From assembly GCA_031409855.1 (NCBI GenBank), contig JANNYA010000168.1, forward strand, positions 5,715 to 69,714: DNA of 64,000 nucleotides. Direction: 5' to 3'. The DNA is from Rhodanobacteraceae bacterium. GTDB taxonomy: Bacteria > Pseudomonadota > Gammaproteobacteria > Xanthomonadales > SZUA-5. The notes below the pieces were generated by a model. That model did no database searches. It had not been told where the DNA came from and worked only from the letters and a program-made list of their open reading frames with translations. How positions within the stretch are numbered: the stretch's first letter is position 1; every line of letters begins with the position of its first letter. Of the stretch, positions 27,750 through 37,589 are shown in pieces. The translations under genes and the position numbers were made by a program.

Positions 27750-30161
27750 ATGTCTGAATCGATTGCGACTGTAGCCCGCGACCAACTTCGTGCGCTGGCG
27801 ACGCTGCTAAAAACTGGCTGGATCAGTAAACACGCGCAGGTGCTGGTCGGGCAATTTAGCGCGCTTTCAGAGCTGTCTAAAGAACACGGCTTTATAGAAC
27901 TGTCCACTTTGGCGCGCGCGTTGAGCGCCTCGGTATTGCTCTATGTCAAAGATGGCCCGGACGAGCAAGGGCGCGGGCGTTTTATGGATTTTGGGCGCAA
28001 GGTCAATTCCTTGATCGGCAAAGACGGCGTGCTGCAAAAGAAAACGGAAAAGCCGCGCCCATTGCCCGATGCCGCAGATGCCAACTTTCGCCCGGTTTTT
28101 ATGCTGGCCGAGCTTGACCCAGCGCAATCGGCGGTGCTACCGCGCGAGCTGCAGCTTAGCCTCAGCAAACGCCAGTTTGCTTTGCATGTGTTTGCCGAAG
28201 GCGACGCGCTCACCGAGGCGCTCATCGGTCAAACGCCCGCAGCCTTGATTTGTGAAGCCGCACTGATGCCCGCGTTGAGCGAGCTTCTCGATGTGATTGA
28301 AAAAGAACAGCCGGGGCTTTCAATGCGCGTACCGCTGGTCGCGGTCAATAAGCAGGCCAGCGCGGCGCGGCGCTTGACGGCGGCCTTGGGCTGGGCAGAC
28401 TGCTATTTGGAAGCGCCAAGCGCCGAAGAAATCGCGGACGCCATCGCGGAATTGGCGACGGTACGCGAAGACGCTAAGTTTCAGGTGCTGATTGTTGACG
28501 ATGATCGTCAGCAAGCGATGTTTTGCGCGGGCGTGCTCAAGCGCAAGGGTATGGAAGTGGTGTCGGCGTTGAGCGCAGAGGAAGCGCTGGTTGCGTTGAC
28601 GTCAATGCGCCCGGATCTGGTGCTGATGGATCTGTATTTGCCAGGTCTAAACGGCATGGAATTGACCGCGATATTGCGGCAACGCTCGGATTCGCTGCTG
28701 CTGCCGATTGTGTTTTTAAGCGGTGAGCAAGACGCGCAGAAGCGCTTTGATGCCCTCAATATCGGTGGTGACGATTATCTGACCAAGCCGATTCGCCCGC
28801 GCCATCTGGCGACTGCGGTGGCAAGTCGAATCAAGCGCGTGCGCGCGCTGCGTGCACAATTAAGCGAGGCGCGGCAACCGGTCGATACGCACGGTTTGTA
28901 TCGGCGCCCAGCATTTTTAGATTTAATGCAGCAGCAGGCCGAGCGCGTCAATGTCAGTGAATTACTTGCCGGCGGGCAGGCGTTGATTTATTTGGTGCTT
29001 GACCATGCCAATGCCTTAGCAGATGAGTTGGGCCTATTCGCGCAAAACTCGCTGGATCAAGCCTTGTGCGCACGCTTTGCCGAAACCATTGACGCCGCCG
29101 ACGCGCTAACCGCGCTGGGCAATTTTGAGTACGCACTTTTGGTACAGCGCGCGGACACCGAGCGTTTATTGGCCGCTGCAGAAAGCTTACGGCAATGTAT
29201 CGCGGCACGCGCACTGCCGATTAAAGGCGACGAGCTGGCTTTAACGGTCAGTATCGGCGTGATTGAACACAGCGATGCGCGCAAAAGTGCCGAACGCTGG
29301 CTGATGTTGGGACAAATGGCAGCGCAAAGGGCGCAGCGCAAGGGCGGCAATCGTATTGAGCGCGGCCAATTTGAATCGCTGCGCGCAGCGCCCGCGCGGC
29401 AAAAAGTCATTGAAGATTTACTCAATGAAGTGCCGTCACGCAATAACACCTTGATTGAATATCAACCGATCGTGCCTTTGCGTGGTGCACCGATTCCGCA
29501 ATACGCGCAATTGCTGCGTTTGCGCGGCAATACCGTGTCCACCGCGATGCTAACCCGAAGCGATTACGCCGAGCTTGCCGAGCGCCTGGGTGCGGCGATC
29601 AAATTAGACCGTTTCGCCTGCCAGCAAGCAATCCAAGCGATCCGCGACGGTGCCCGTTTCGGCAGCCAAGCGCGGCTGTTTGTGCGTTTAAGCGTGGCCT
29701 CCTTGCTGGGCGATATCGCGCAAACGCTAAAAGCTGAGCTGCTGATGGGTAGCATCGACGCGAAACTATTGTTTTTAGAGTTCGACCTGCAGGATATCGA
29801 GTTGGAACTTGCTGCGTGCAGTCGCCGATTTGAAGCCTTGCGCGCGCTGGGCGTGTCGATTTGTTTGAGCGTCGCGCTGAAGCGGCCGCGTTTGAACGCG
29901 ATGTTACTCAAGCTCAAACCCGATGCGATCAAACTGCATGCGAATTTGATCACTGATTCGGCCGAATCCATCGAGTTCCTTAAAACCCTGAACAGCGCGC
30001 GCGAAAACAGCCCGCTAATCGCCACGCAGGCGAGCGGCCCGGAAACGCTGACCATACTTTGGGGGCAAAATATTGATTATTTACAGGCCGATTTCATTGG
30101 GCCAGTGCGGGCGCAGTTGGATTTTTCCTTTGTGCCGCTGAAAATTGCGCAGGACAAATAG
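27750..30161 (+). CDS. multi-domain response regulator: helical N-domain, pseudo-receiver, receiver, degenerate GGDEF, degenerate EAL
   Basis: Receiver is intact (VLIVDDD...LVLMDLYLPGLNG...FLSG...DDYLTKP). The GGDEF position reads GNFEY. The EAL position reads AQLLR, and the DDFG, EGVE and QG positions are replaced. Start taken at the ATG at 27750 (MSESIATV). Confidence 0.8.
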   Translation: MSESIATVARDQLRALATLLKTGWISKHAQVLVGQFSALSELSKEHGFIELSTLARALSASVLLYVKDGPDEQGRGRFMDFGRKVNSLIGKDGVLQKKTEKPRPLPDAADANFRPVFMLAELDPAQSAVLPRELQLSLSKRQFALHVFAEGDALTEALIGQTPAALICEAALMPALSELLDVIEKEQPGLSMRVPLVAVNKQASAARRLTAALGWADCYLEAPSAEEIADAIAELATVREDAKFQVLIVDDDRQQAMFCAGVLKRKGMEVVSALSAEEALVALTSMRPDLVLMDLYLPGLNGMELTAILRQRSDSLLLPIVFLSGEQDAQKRFDALNIGGDDYLTKPIRPRHLATAVASRIKRVRALRAQLSEARQPVDTHGLYRRPAFLDLMQQQAERVNVSELLAGGQALIYLVLDHANALADELGLFAQNSLDQALCARFAETIDAADALTALGNFEYALLVQRADTERLLAAAESLRQCIAARALPIKGDELALTVSIGVIEHSDARKSAERWLMLGQMAAQRAQRKGGNRIERGQFESLRAAPARQKVIEDLLNEVPSRNNTLIEYQPIVPLRGAPIPQYAQLLRLRGNTVSTAMLTRSDYAELAERLGAAIKLDRFACQQAIQAIRDGARFGSQARLFVRLSVASLLGDIAQTLKAELLMGSIDAKLLFLEFDLQDIELELAACSRRFEALRALGVSICLSVALKRPRLNAMLLKLKPDAIKLHANLITDSAESIEFLKTLNSARENSPLIATQASGPETLTILWGQNIDYLQADFIGPVRAQLDFSFVPLKIAQDK

Positions 30162-30204
30162 CCCGTCGCGCCCCCGGCACCAACGTCCTAGACTCGGAGC
30201 AGAG

Positions 30205-31371
30205 ATGAAATTGAAAACCATCGGCATGGCTGGACTACTGGTACCGCTCCTGCTGGCGAGTTGTTGCCATTGTTTGCAGCCCAGCTCGAAAACGCTGGTA
30301 AAGACTGCATCTAGCTTTGAGCGCTTCGTGTTTCTTGAGGATGCGGCTGAAACTACAGCAAACGCCAGCATCGGCGATCTAGACGGTGATGGCGACCCGG
30401 ATATCGTTTTGGCGAAGGGCCGGCATTGGCCGCTGCTTGATCTGGTTTTGCTCAACGATGGCATGGGCGGCTTCGAGCTGCGCCGTCCGCTGGGGACGCA
30501 AGCGGATCGCAGTTATACCGCCGCCTTGGCGGATTTGGACGGCGATAACGACTTAGACATCGTGGTGGGAAATGACCGGCCCGATCCGAAGCGCGTTTAC
30601 TTCAATGATGGGCATGGTCACTTTGCGTCCGGCGGCACGTTTGGACGGCCCGAGTGGGCGACACGCAACGTTAGCCTGGCAGATCTAAATGGCGACAAGC
30701 GCCCAGACATAATCGTTGCCAATCGAGGCGGGCCCGACAATCTAAGCGAAAACAACATCTGCCTCAATGACGGTAACGGTCGCTTCCCCACTTGTGCGGT
30801 GTTCTCGCGGGAATCCGCAACGACCATCGCTGCCGCTGACATTGATGGTAATGGCACGATCGATTTGATCGTTCCGCACCGGGATCGTGGACAGAGCTAT
30901 CTTTACTTGAATGACGGCACCGGCCGATTCGCCGAGAAACAACCGGTCGGGCCACCAGATGCAGCAACGCGTGCCGTTGCCACGGGCGATCTCAACGGCG
31001 ATGGTTTACCCGAATTGATCATGGGCGATGAACTTCGTGGTGGCGCGTTTATCTACACCAATCAAGGCAACGGAAAGTTCGCAGATGCGCTAGCGCTGCG
31101 CGTCGAGAAGGACAATGTGTACGCGATTGCCGTGGCGGATCTCAACAGGGACGGCAAGCTGGATCTGGTGTTCGGTAATGACAACACGCCCAGCATGACG
31201 CTGATGAATCATGGCGATGGCCGCAGTTTTACAACCACGCGTTTTGGCGATGGCGAAGGCGCGGTCTATGGCTTGGCGGTCGGTGACGTGACCGGCGATG
31301 CTTGCCCCGACATTGTCGCCGCACGCTCCAATGCCCGCAGCATTCTTTACGTCAACTCTTGCGTTAATTGA
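30205..31371 (+). CDS. FG-GAP/VCBS repeat lipoprotein
   Basis: Lipobox LLLASC after MKLKTIGMAGLLVP. At least six repeats of the type GDLDGDGDPDIV, ADLDGDNDLDIV, ADLNGDKRPDII, ADIDGNGTIDLI, GDLNGDGLPELI, ADLNRDGKLDLV. Confidence 0.82.
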   Translation: MKLKTIGMAGLLVPLLLASCCHCLQPSSKTLVKTASSFERFVFLEDAAETTANASIGDLDGDGDPDIVLAKGRHWPLLDLVLLNDGMGGFELRRPLGTQADRSYTAALADLDGDNDLDIVVGNDRPDPKRVYFNDGHGHFASGGTFGRPEWATRNVSLADLNGDKRPDIIVANRGGPDNLSENNICLNDGNGRFPTCAVFSRESATTIAAADIDGNGTIDLIVPHRDRGQSYLYLNDGTGRFAEKQPVGPPDAATRAVATGDLNGDGLPELIMGDELRGGAFIYTNQGNGKFADALALRVEKDNVYAIAVADLNRDGKLDLVFGNDNTPSMTLMNHGDGRSFTTTRFGDGEGAVYGLAVGDVTGDACPDIVAARSNARSILYVNSCVN

Positions 31372-31440
31372 TAGGCATGTGTTTTGGTAAAAGCGGATTT
31401 GTGCTGCCGGACCGCAAAACGTCACGAAGAGCCTCGTGGA

Positions 31441-31746
31441 TCAATGCCGACAATGCCGATGATGACGGTGAATATTTTGCCCGTAAACCAACGGTGTGGG
31501 CCGATAGTGGTGCGGCGTGTAAGCCACCACAGTTGCAGGGCGATGAATCCGGCGTGGCAGCGGGTACACCACGGCTAGCCGAGTGCGGGGTAGGCGAGTT
31601 GTGACAATGCGAACACTCGGCTGAACGGCGTGATGCACCACGCGTACATTCGCGTGCGGTGTGTAGCCAACAACAATTAGGTGTTGGTGTGCTTGAGCGG
31701 TGCAGGCGTACAGCAGCGCGGACAGTAGAACGGCAACTATTTTCAT
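31441..31746 (-). CDS. small secreted His/Arg-rich protein (101 aa)
   Basis: AGGAG RBS 7 nt upstream. Signal peptide MKIVAVLLSALLYACTAQA. Mature part has an internal repeat (VVGYTPHANVRVVHH / VVAYTPHHYRPTP) and the tail HRHHRHCRH. Confidence 0.6.
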   Translation of the reverse strand: MKIVAVLLSALLYACTAQAHQHLIVVGYTPHANVRVVHHAVQPSVRIVTTRLPRTRLAVVYPLPRRIHRPATVVAYTPHHYRPTPLVYGQNIHRHHRHCRH

Positions 31747-31905
31747 GGCAAAACTCCTTGACTAAGCGGGATCTAAGCTTGGTTTCACGCGAAACCAAAC
31801 AGGAAAACGCAGCAGCGCAAATCGCGCTGACCAAGCCCTAAGCATCTGAGCCAGATTCAATTCAGCTTAGCAATGCGCCCCAGAGATAGGCGCATAAAAG
31901 CCGAG

Positions 31906-32949
31906 TTAGCTGGTTAGGCTGAACTTGATGCGCTGACGCAGCACGCTGCTGACCGGTTGGTCATTGATCCGCTTTGGGCTGTAGCGCCAGCGCATTGCCG
32001 CGCGACGCGCCTCAACATCAAATATGCGTGATGGCTGTGCGCTCAGAACCACGGCTTCAGTGACGCGGCCGCTCGCGTCGACTGCAACCTGTAAGTCGAC
32101 CCAACCTTCGATTTTTTGCCGCCGAGCCTGGGCCGGAAAAACCGCGCGCGCGGTACTCAAGGCGCGCGCTTCGACTACGCGGTTTTGTTCCGGCGCGGGC
32201 GTGATTGCTGGCGCCGACTGGCGCACGCTAAGAGTTGACTGCTTTTCAGGCACCACTGCAGGTGCTGGCGCCGGTGCTGGCGCAAGAGTTGCTGCGACGA
32301 CGACGGGCGCTGACGCGCTTTTGGCCACACGCGCGCTGGCAAGCGGTTCTGTGCCAACTTCCGGTGCGACTGGTTCGTTCTGTGGTGGCAGCTTCGGCGC
32401 TTGCGCCGCCGCTAGCCGAGCCGCCTCGACGCTAGCTTGTTGCGTAATCGTTTCCTGCCAGCGCTTTTTGAGTGCGACTACCCGCGACGCACTCGGATCG
32501 GCAAGTTCTAACAAAGGAATTAGGCGCTCGACTTCTTCGGCTGCATTGGCCGCCATCGCTGTTTCCAGCGCCGTCATTGCCACCGGCACCAGCTCCAAGA
32601 TCGCTTCCTGTGCACCAAAGTCGTCAGGCTTACTTTTTAATGCGGCCAGATAATGCTCGAGCGCATTTTCACCCGCAGGCGCAACCAGCTTGTCCGCGCT
32701 GTAGGCGCTCATGGCGAGCTCGATGTGGCGTTCGTGGCTGGTGCTATCAGCCGCGCTGTCGGATCCGGATTGCACCTTCGGCGCTGGCACACCAGTTTGC
32801 AGGTTCGTAGAAACAGTGCCGCTGGAACGCTCGCTCAGCAGATACGCCGCAGTCGACAAAACGCCCAGAATTGCAGCGCCCACACAAACATAAATGATGA
32901 CGCCGCTTGTACCGGGCGCGTTAGCTTTGCTTGAGCCAATGCTCTTCAT
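31906..32949 (-). CDS. TonB C-terminal domain protein with N-terminal TM anchor and Ala/Pro-rich linker
   Basis: C-terminal AVFPAQARRQKIEGWVDLQVAVDASGRVTEAVVLSAQPSRIFDVEARRAAMRWRYSP is a TonB_C fold signature. One N-terminal TM helix. Confidence 0.75.
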   Translation of the reverse strand: MKSIGSSKANAPGTSGVIIYVCVGAAILGVLSTAAYLLSERSSGTVSTNLQTGVPAPKVQSGSDSAADSTSHERHIELAMSAYSADKLVAPAGENALEHYLAALKSKPDDFGAQEAILELVPVAMTALETAMAANAAEEVERLIPLLELADPSASRVVALKKRWQETITQQASVEAARLAAAQAPKLPPQNEPVAPEVGTEPLASARVAKSASAPVVVAATLAPAPAPAPAVVPEKQSTLSVRQSAPAITPAPEQNRVVEARALSTARAVFPAQARRQKIEGWVDLQVAVDASGRVTEAVVLSAQPSRIFDVEARRAAMRWRYSPKRINDQPVSSVLRQRIKFSLTS

Positions 32950-33192
32950 AGGATGCAGCCGTCATGGATTCGGCGCACAGGCTAGCGACGCTTGATGACT
33001 AATTCGAGTCAATGATGCCCGCCGTTCATTGGCGGTTTTCCTTTGTCCACGGTCTGAATGGCGAAAAGCGGCTTGCAGGGTTACGCATGAAAGTGCTGCT
33101 GCCGATGCAAGCCCTCGAAAAGGGCGAGCCAAAAACTTAGCTTCTTGCGCTAACTACCTGGGTATCAATAGACGATACTCAGGCAGTGGGGC

Positions 33193-36100
33193 TTGAGCTT
33201 GGCCAAAAAATCCGGCCTGATTGCGCCGTTAAACCAACTCATTGGGGCGATCCCCCGCAAAGGCAATGAAACCATGACAGTCGGATACTTTTTTCTTGGC
33301 GCATTTCTAGGCCTATTGCTTTACGCAAGCGATGCTCGGGCGTTTGCATTGATGGTAATAGGTGGCGCGTTGGCAGCTTTGTTCGGGCAGTTGAGCGCCT
33401 TGAAGCAGCGATTAGGCCAATTCGACCAACTGCGACAGCCTGACTTGGACGCGAATCAAGGCCCAGAGCGCCCCTACATTGTGCCGGCGGTACCGCCGCG
33501 AAAAGCCTATTCGGCAGCGAACCCAGCGTCAGCAAACCCTATGCCAGCAAACCCCGTGCCGCCACCGGCGCGCACTGGCGTTGTTTCTGGGCAAGTGGAG
33601 GCCGCCGTAGCTGCCAATTCGGCAAGTCCTGAAATGCCAATTTCTACGCTGCCAGCGAATGAATTGCCGCCGATCGAAGCGCCGTCACAGGAATTGCCGC
33701 CGCTTGAATGGGCAAAACCTGAAGTTGTAGCAGCGGTATCGACGCGTGCGCAGTACAGTGTAAGTGAGCCGTCTATTGCGATGCCAACGCCGCAACTGTC
33801 GCCGAAAGCCTCAGCAATACTCAGTCCGGAACCGGGCTTTGGCGTACCGCAAACACCCTCAGTGGCATCCAATTCGGCGGCCGCTTGGGACGTGCCAAGG
33901 CCGAAGACAGAATTTGTGCCAACGGCCATGCCGCCCGCCCCGGAACTGCCTGCATGGGCAAATAAATTGCTCAGCTTTGAAAATTGGCCGATTAAGCTGG
34001 GGATGTTGCTGCTGCTGGTGGGTTTAGCCTCGGGCTATCGCTATTTGGCGGCGCGCGGCTACTTTAATGTGCCGATTGAATTGCGTTTGGTTGCCATCGC
34101 ACTCGCCGCCATCGCGGCCTTGGTGTTTGGCTATGGCAAACGCGAAGAGAAGCGCAGCTTTTCCTTGAGTGTGCAGGGTGCGGCACTTGGTGCGTTGTTA
34201 TTAACGGTGTACGCATCGTTGCAGCTGTATCACGTGCTCAATGGCCCCACCGCATTTGCCTTGATGTTGGCTATCGTCGCTGTAGGTGTTGTGCTTGCGG
34301 TGCTGCAAGATGCTTTGTGGCTGGCGCTGTTCGCGACCATCGGCGGTTTTGCTGCGCCGGTATTGGCATCGACGGGTGGCGGCTCGCATGTGCATCTATT
34401 TGGCTACTACTTGATCTTGAATCTCGGGATTTTGGCGATTGCGCTCAAGAAAGGCTGGCGCAGCCTTAATTTCTTAGGTGCGATCTGCACCTTTGGCATC
34501 GGCATCGGTTGGGGTGCAAATTACTATCGGCCCGAATACTTTGGCAGCGTCGAACCCTTTTTGCTGGCGTTCTTTGCGATTTATTTGGCGATCACCGTGC
34601 TTTACACCCTGCGCCACGGCGCGGGCGAGCCGGTATTGGATGGCGTATTGGTATTTGGCGTGCCCTTGGCCAGTTTGGGCGCGCAGGCCGGGCTACTTGC
34701 CGGGCAAGATAAGCAGTTAGCGCTGTCCAGTTTCGGCGCGGCGCTAATCTATGGCGGCTTGAGCTACACGCTGCGCACGCACGAACAAGCCACGCTGCTG
34801 CGTAAATGCTTTACGGTGTTGGCAGTGACGTTTTTCACGCTGGCGATTCCGCTTTATTTCAGTGCACAGATCACCAGCGCATTGTGGGCGCTGGAAGGTG
34901 CTGCGGTGCTTTGGTTGGGCTTGAGCCAAAAGCGCACTGCACCGGTGCTGCTGGGGCTATTTTTGCAACTGTTAGCCTGGATTTCCTATGCCAACGGTTA
35001 TCAAGTGATGACTGAGCTTCCGGCGTTCTGGAACGCCAAATGTTTAGGCGCGTTGATCTTGGCTATTTCGAGCTTTGCCTGCGGCTGGCTGATTGATCGC
35101 ACCGCGAAGGATGCGGGCAGTATCGGCGCGCAGTTGGCACCGTTGGCTTGGCTCGGCGCGATTTTTGGCCTGCTGTGGTGGAGCTTCGCTGGCATCAGCG
35201 AAATTGACCGCAATGTGCTTGCCAGTTTCAAACCTGCGGCCATGATTGCTTGGCTGGGCCTAACCATGCTGCTCTCCGCCGCCACCCGCAGCGCGCTTAA
35301 ATTCGACAGCTTGCGCGTCGGCGCGCTCGTGCCTTTGGCGATCATCGGGCCAGTCGCTCTGCTCGCGACGCTATTTGGCCCCATCCTTGAGGAGTATCGC
35401 AGCCTCGCTTTCCTGAGCTATCTGATTGCCTCGGTAATCAGTATGGCGCTGCTGGCAAAACCGGTCGCGAACGAAAATAGTGTCGATAGCGCGCGTAGCC
35501 GCACTTTCCCGGGCTTTGGCCTAAAGCTAGCGCATAGCCTGTGGTTGATTGGCGTGTGTTTATTGGTCAGTCTGGCGCTTGATTCGGAAACGCGCAGTGC
35601 CGGCTTGGGCGAAGGTGTGCGCTTCTGTCTCAATGTCGCGTCTTTTGCGGCGGTATTTTTTATGCTGGTGCGCAATATTTCAGCGCTAGCTTTGCCGTTG
35701 CAGCATTTCTTTAGCGACCCAGACACTGGCTGGCGCGCGCAACTGACCCAGGTATGGGCGGTGGGCATCACGCTGGCGCTACTTGCCGGTTCCGTGCTGC
35801 GCGGCGATAGCAACCCGTTCCAGTTCGTGCCGCTGATCAACCCGCTTGAAATTGGGCTTTTGACTTTGTTTGCGCTGCTTTGGCTGGCCGCGCGCGACGA
35901 ATTCGGCCAGGTCAGTGAATCGACTCGCTATCCGCTGCTGGTGTTGGCCTTCTGGTTACTGACCGCGTTTACTTTGCGCGGCGTAATTCAGGTGTACGAC
36001 CCAAGTCTGGCAACACTCGGGCATGCGTTCTTTAATCGCACCGGGCAAGCCGCATTGGCGCTGGTTTGGTCGCTCGCGGGCTGCGGCGCGATGCTGCTCG

Positions 36101-36306
36101 GCCACGCAAAAGCGCGCCGCCCGGTTTGGTTCGCGGGTGCGGCGTTGATGGGCGTGGTGCTAGTGAAAATGCTGCTGGTGGACCGGCATAATTTGGGCGA
36201 ACTGCCCGGAATTTTTGCCACGCTCGGCGTCGGTGCGCTGCTTGCCACGGTAGGCTACTTTGCCCCGGTGCCTCCGGGCGGACAAAGTCGCAGCGAACCG
36301 GAGTAG
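33193..36306 (+). CDS. large polytopic membrane protein, DUF2339 family
   Basis: About 1000 aa with a Pro-rich N-terminal linker and then more than 20 TM helices. Includes IGGFAAPVLASTGGGSHVHLFGYYLILNLGILAIALKKGWRSLNFLG, typical of DUF2339. The start could be the ATG at 33274. Confidence 0.75.
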   Translation: MSLAKKSGLIAPLNQLIGAIPRKGNETMTVGYFFLGAFLGLLLYASDARAFALMVIGGALAALFGQLSALKQRLGQFDQLRQPDLDANQGPERPYIVPAVPPRKAYSAANPASANPMPANPVPPPARTGVVSGQVEAAVAANSASPEMPISTLPANELPPIEAPSQELPPLEWAKPEVVAAVSTRAQYSVSEPSIAMPTPQLSPKASAILSPEPGFGVPQTPSVASNSAAAWDVPRPKTEFVPTAMPPAPELPAWANKLLSFENWPIKLGMLLLLVGLASGYRYLAARGYFNVPIELRLVAIALAAIAALVFGYGKREEKRSFSLSVQGAALGALLLTVYASLQLYHVLNGPTAFALMLAIVAVGVVLAVLQDALWLALFATIGGFAAPVLASTGGGSHVHLFGYYLILNLGILAIALKKGWRSLNFLGAICTFGIGIGWGANYYRPEYFGSVEPFLLAFFAIYLAITVLYTLRHGAGEPVLDGVLVFGVPLASLGAQAGLLAGQDKQLALSSFGAALIYGGLSYTLRTHEQATLLRKCFTVLAVTFFTLAIPLYFSAQITSALWALEGAAVLWLGLSQKRTAPVLLGLFLQLLAWISYANGYQVMTELPAFWNAKCLGALILAISSFACGWLIDRTAKDAGSIGAQLAPLAWLGAIFGLLWWSFAGISEIDRNVLASFKPAAMIAWLGLTMLLSAATRSALKFDSLRVGALVPLAIIGPVALLATLFGPILEEYRSLAFLSYLIASVISMALLAKPVANENSVDSARSRTFPGFGLKLAHSLWLIGVCLLVSLALDSETRSAGLGEGVRFCLNVASFAAVFFMLVRNISALALPLQHFFSDPDTGWRAQLTQVWAVGITLALLAGSVLRGDSNPFQFVPLINPLEIGLLTLFALLWLAARDEFGQVSESTRYPLLVLAFWLLTAFTLRGVIQVYDPSLATLGHAFFNRTGQAALALVWSLAGCGAMLLGHAKARRPVWFAGAALMGVVLVKMLLVDRHNLGELPGIFATLGVGALLATVGYFAPVPPGGQSRSEPE

Positions 36307-36512
36307 AGCCAAAAGCCCAGTTCGCCAAGGCGTTTACTCTTGTTTGCCGTGTCGCTTTCGCGAGACTTGTAATTCAGCTAAAAACCAAGCTCGCCAAACA
36401 GCGAGCTTGGCATTTAAAAAACGTCGCTTTATGACAGCCCTGAAATAAATCTCTCATCGCTACGTCATTGAAACAATAACGTCGTGAAATAAAGCCGGTG
36501 CAGGCTGCGCGT

Positions 36513-37589
36513 ATGCAAACACTCGCCGCGCCGCTGTCGAATTCATACGCTCAAGCACGTCTTGCCGAAACGCAACAGGACTGTGCAAGTGCGCCGAAAC
36601 CAGAGCCCATTGCCGCCCCTGGCTGCACGCATCGCTGGTGGTTGGAACTGCAACAGACCGAGCTGTTAAGCGTTACGCCAGACGGACGTGAGCTGCGCCT
36701 TGCGCGCCTTGAGCTTGGCTCTGCGCTCTTGGATGAGTTGGGGCGGGTGCGCGAGATTTCGTTTCGACATATTGGTGAAGGCAGCGGAAAAGCACGGGAT
36801 TTGGATCGCTTTGATGGCCACTACGAACATCTTTTGCTGATAGATCCAAAGGCGCTGGAAATTGTTGGCGCCTATCGCTTTGGCCGCGCGGAAGCGATTT
36901 TACCGATCCACGGAATCACAGGGTTGTATTGCGAAAGCCTGTTTGAATTCGGTGCAGAATTTCAGGCGCGCCTGGGGCAGGCCTTGGAGTTGGGACGCAG
37001 CTTCATACAGCCACAATGGTTCCGCTCACGCGCGCTTGATGAACTTTGGACCGGCATCGGTTTGTATTTGCAGCGTTATCCGCAGATACGCTGGCTGTTT
37101 GGGCCAGTGAGTGCAAGTGCTACTTTGCCGGAGGCTGCGCGAGCGCAGATCGTGGAGTTCTATGCGCAGTTTTACGGCAGTGCCGAAGTGCTTGCGCATG
37201 CGCGCAGGCCGGCATTACAAGCACGCTCAGCGATTGAGTTTCGTGCGCTAGCAATCGATGATGCCTTCGCCCTTTTGCGCAGCGAATTGAAAAGTCTTGG
37301 CGTTGCGGTGCCGCCATTATTCAAGCAATACACCGAGTTGACCGAACTGGGCGGTGTGCGCTTTCTGGCCTTTGGCACGGATCCAGAATTTGCCAACTGC
37401 ATCGATGGCTTGGTGCTGGTTGATTTAACGCAAATCAAGCTCGCCAAGGCGCAGCGCTGGCTTAAAGCGAAACGCCGCATATCAGCAGATGAAGCTGACG
37501 CGCACGCGCGCAAAGCGCCGTTCAAAGTGCCGGGCGCAATCAAGGAGCTTAGCGATGCAAATGCTGCAGGCGCGATATCCAGTTCGTAG
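36513..37589 (+). CDS. GNAT-fold N-acyltransferase of the OlsB / putative-hemolysin (COG3176) type
   Basis: VREISFRHIGEGSGKARDLDRFDGHYEHLLLIDPKALEIVGAYRF matches the lyso-ornithine-lipid synthase family pattern. Start uncertain (GTG at 36498 or ATG at 36513). Confidence 0.65.
   Translation: MQTLAAPLSNSYAQARLAETQQDCASAPKPEPIAAPGCTHRWWLELQQTELLSVTPDGRELRLARLELGSALLDELGRVREISFRHIGEGSGKARDLDRFDGHYEHLLLIDPKALEIVGAYRFGRAEAILPIHGITGLYCESLFEFGAEFQARLGQALELGRSFIQPQWFRSRALDELWTGIGLYLQRYPQIRWLFGPVSASATLPEAARAQIVEFYAQFYGSAEVLAHARRPALQARSAIEFRALAIDDAFALLRSELKSLGVAVPPLFKQYTELTELGGVRFLAFGTDPEFANCIDGLVLVDLTQIKLAKAQRWLKAKRRISADEADAHARKAPFKVPGAIKELSDANAAGAISSS

Noticed and set aside
31364-31834. 156-aa minus-strand ORF overlapping the His-rich gene
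   Set aside because: It has no RBS or signal peptide. The 101-aa frame has AGGAG at the correct distance and a signal peptide, so only that one is kept.
32024-32653. 209-aa + strand ORF and several smaller ones
   Set aside because: They are antisense to the TonB-domain gene, which has a recognisable C-terminal domain. Their low-complexity Ala/Ser/Thr/Gly content is typical of a shadow frame.
36386-36411. Hairpin CCAAGCTCGC-CAAACA-GCGAGCTTGG as the terminator of the DUF2339 gene
   Set aside because: The stem is a perfect 10 bp, but the T-run lies on the opposite strand (an A-run precedes it on the + strand), where no gene needs terminating. I left it unannotated.
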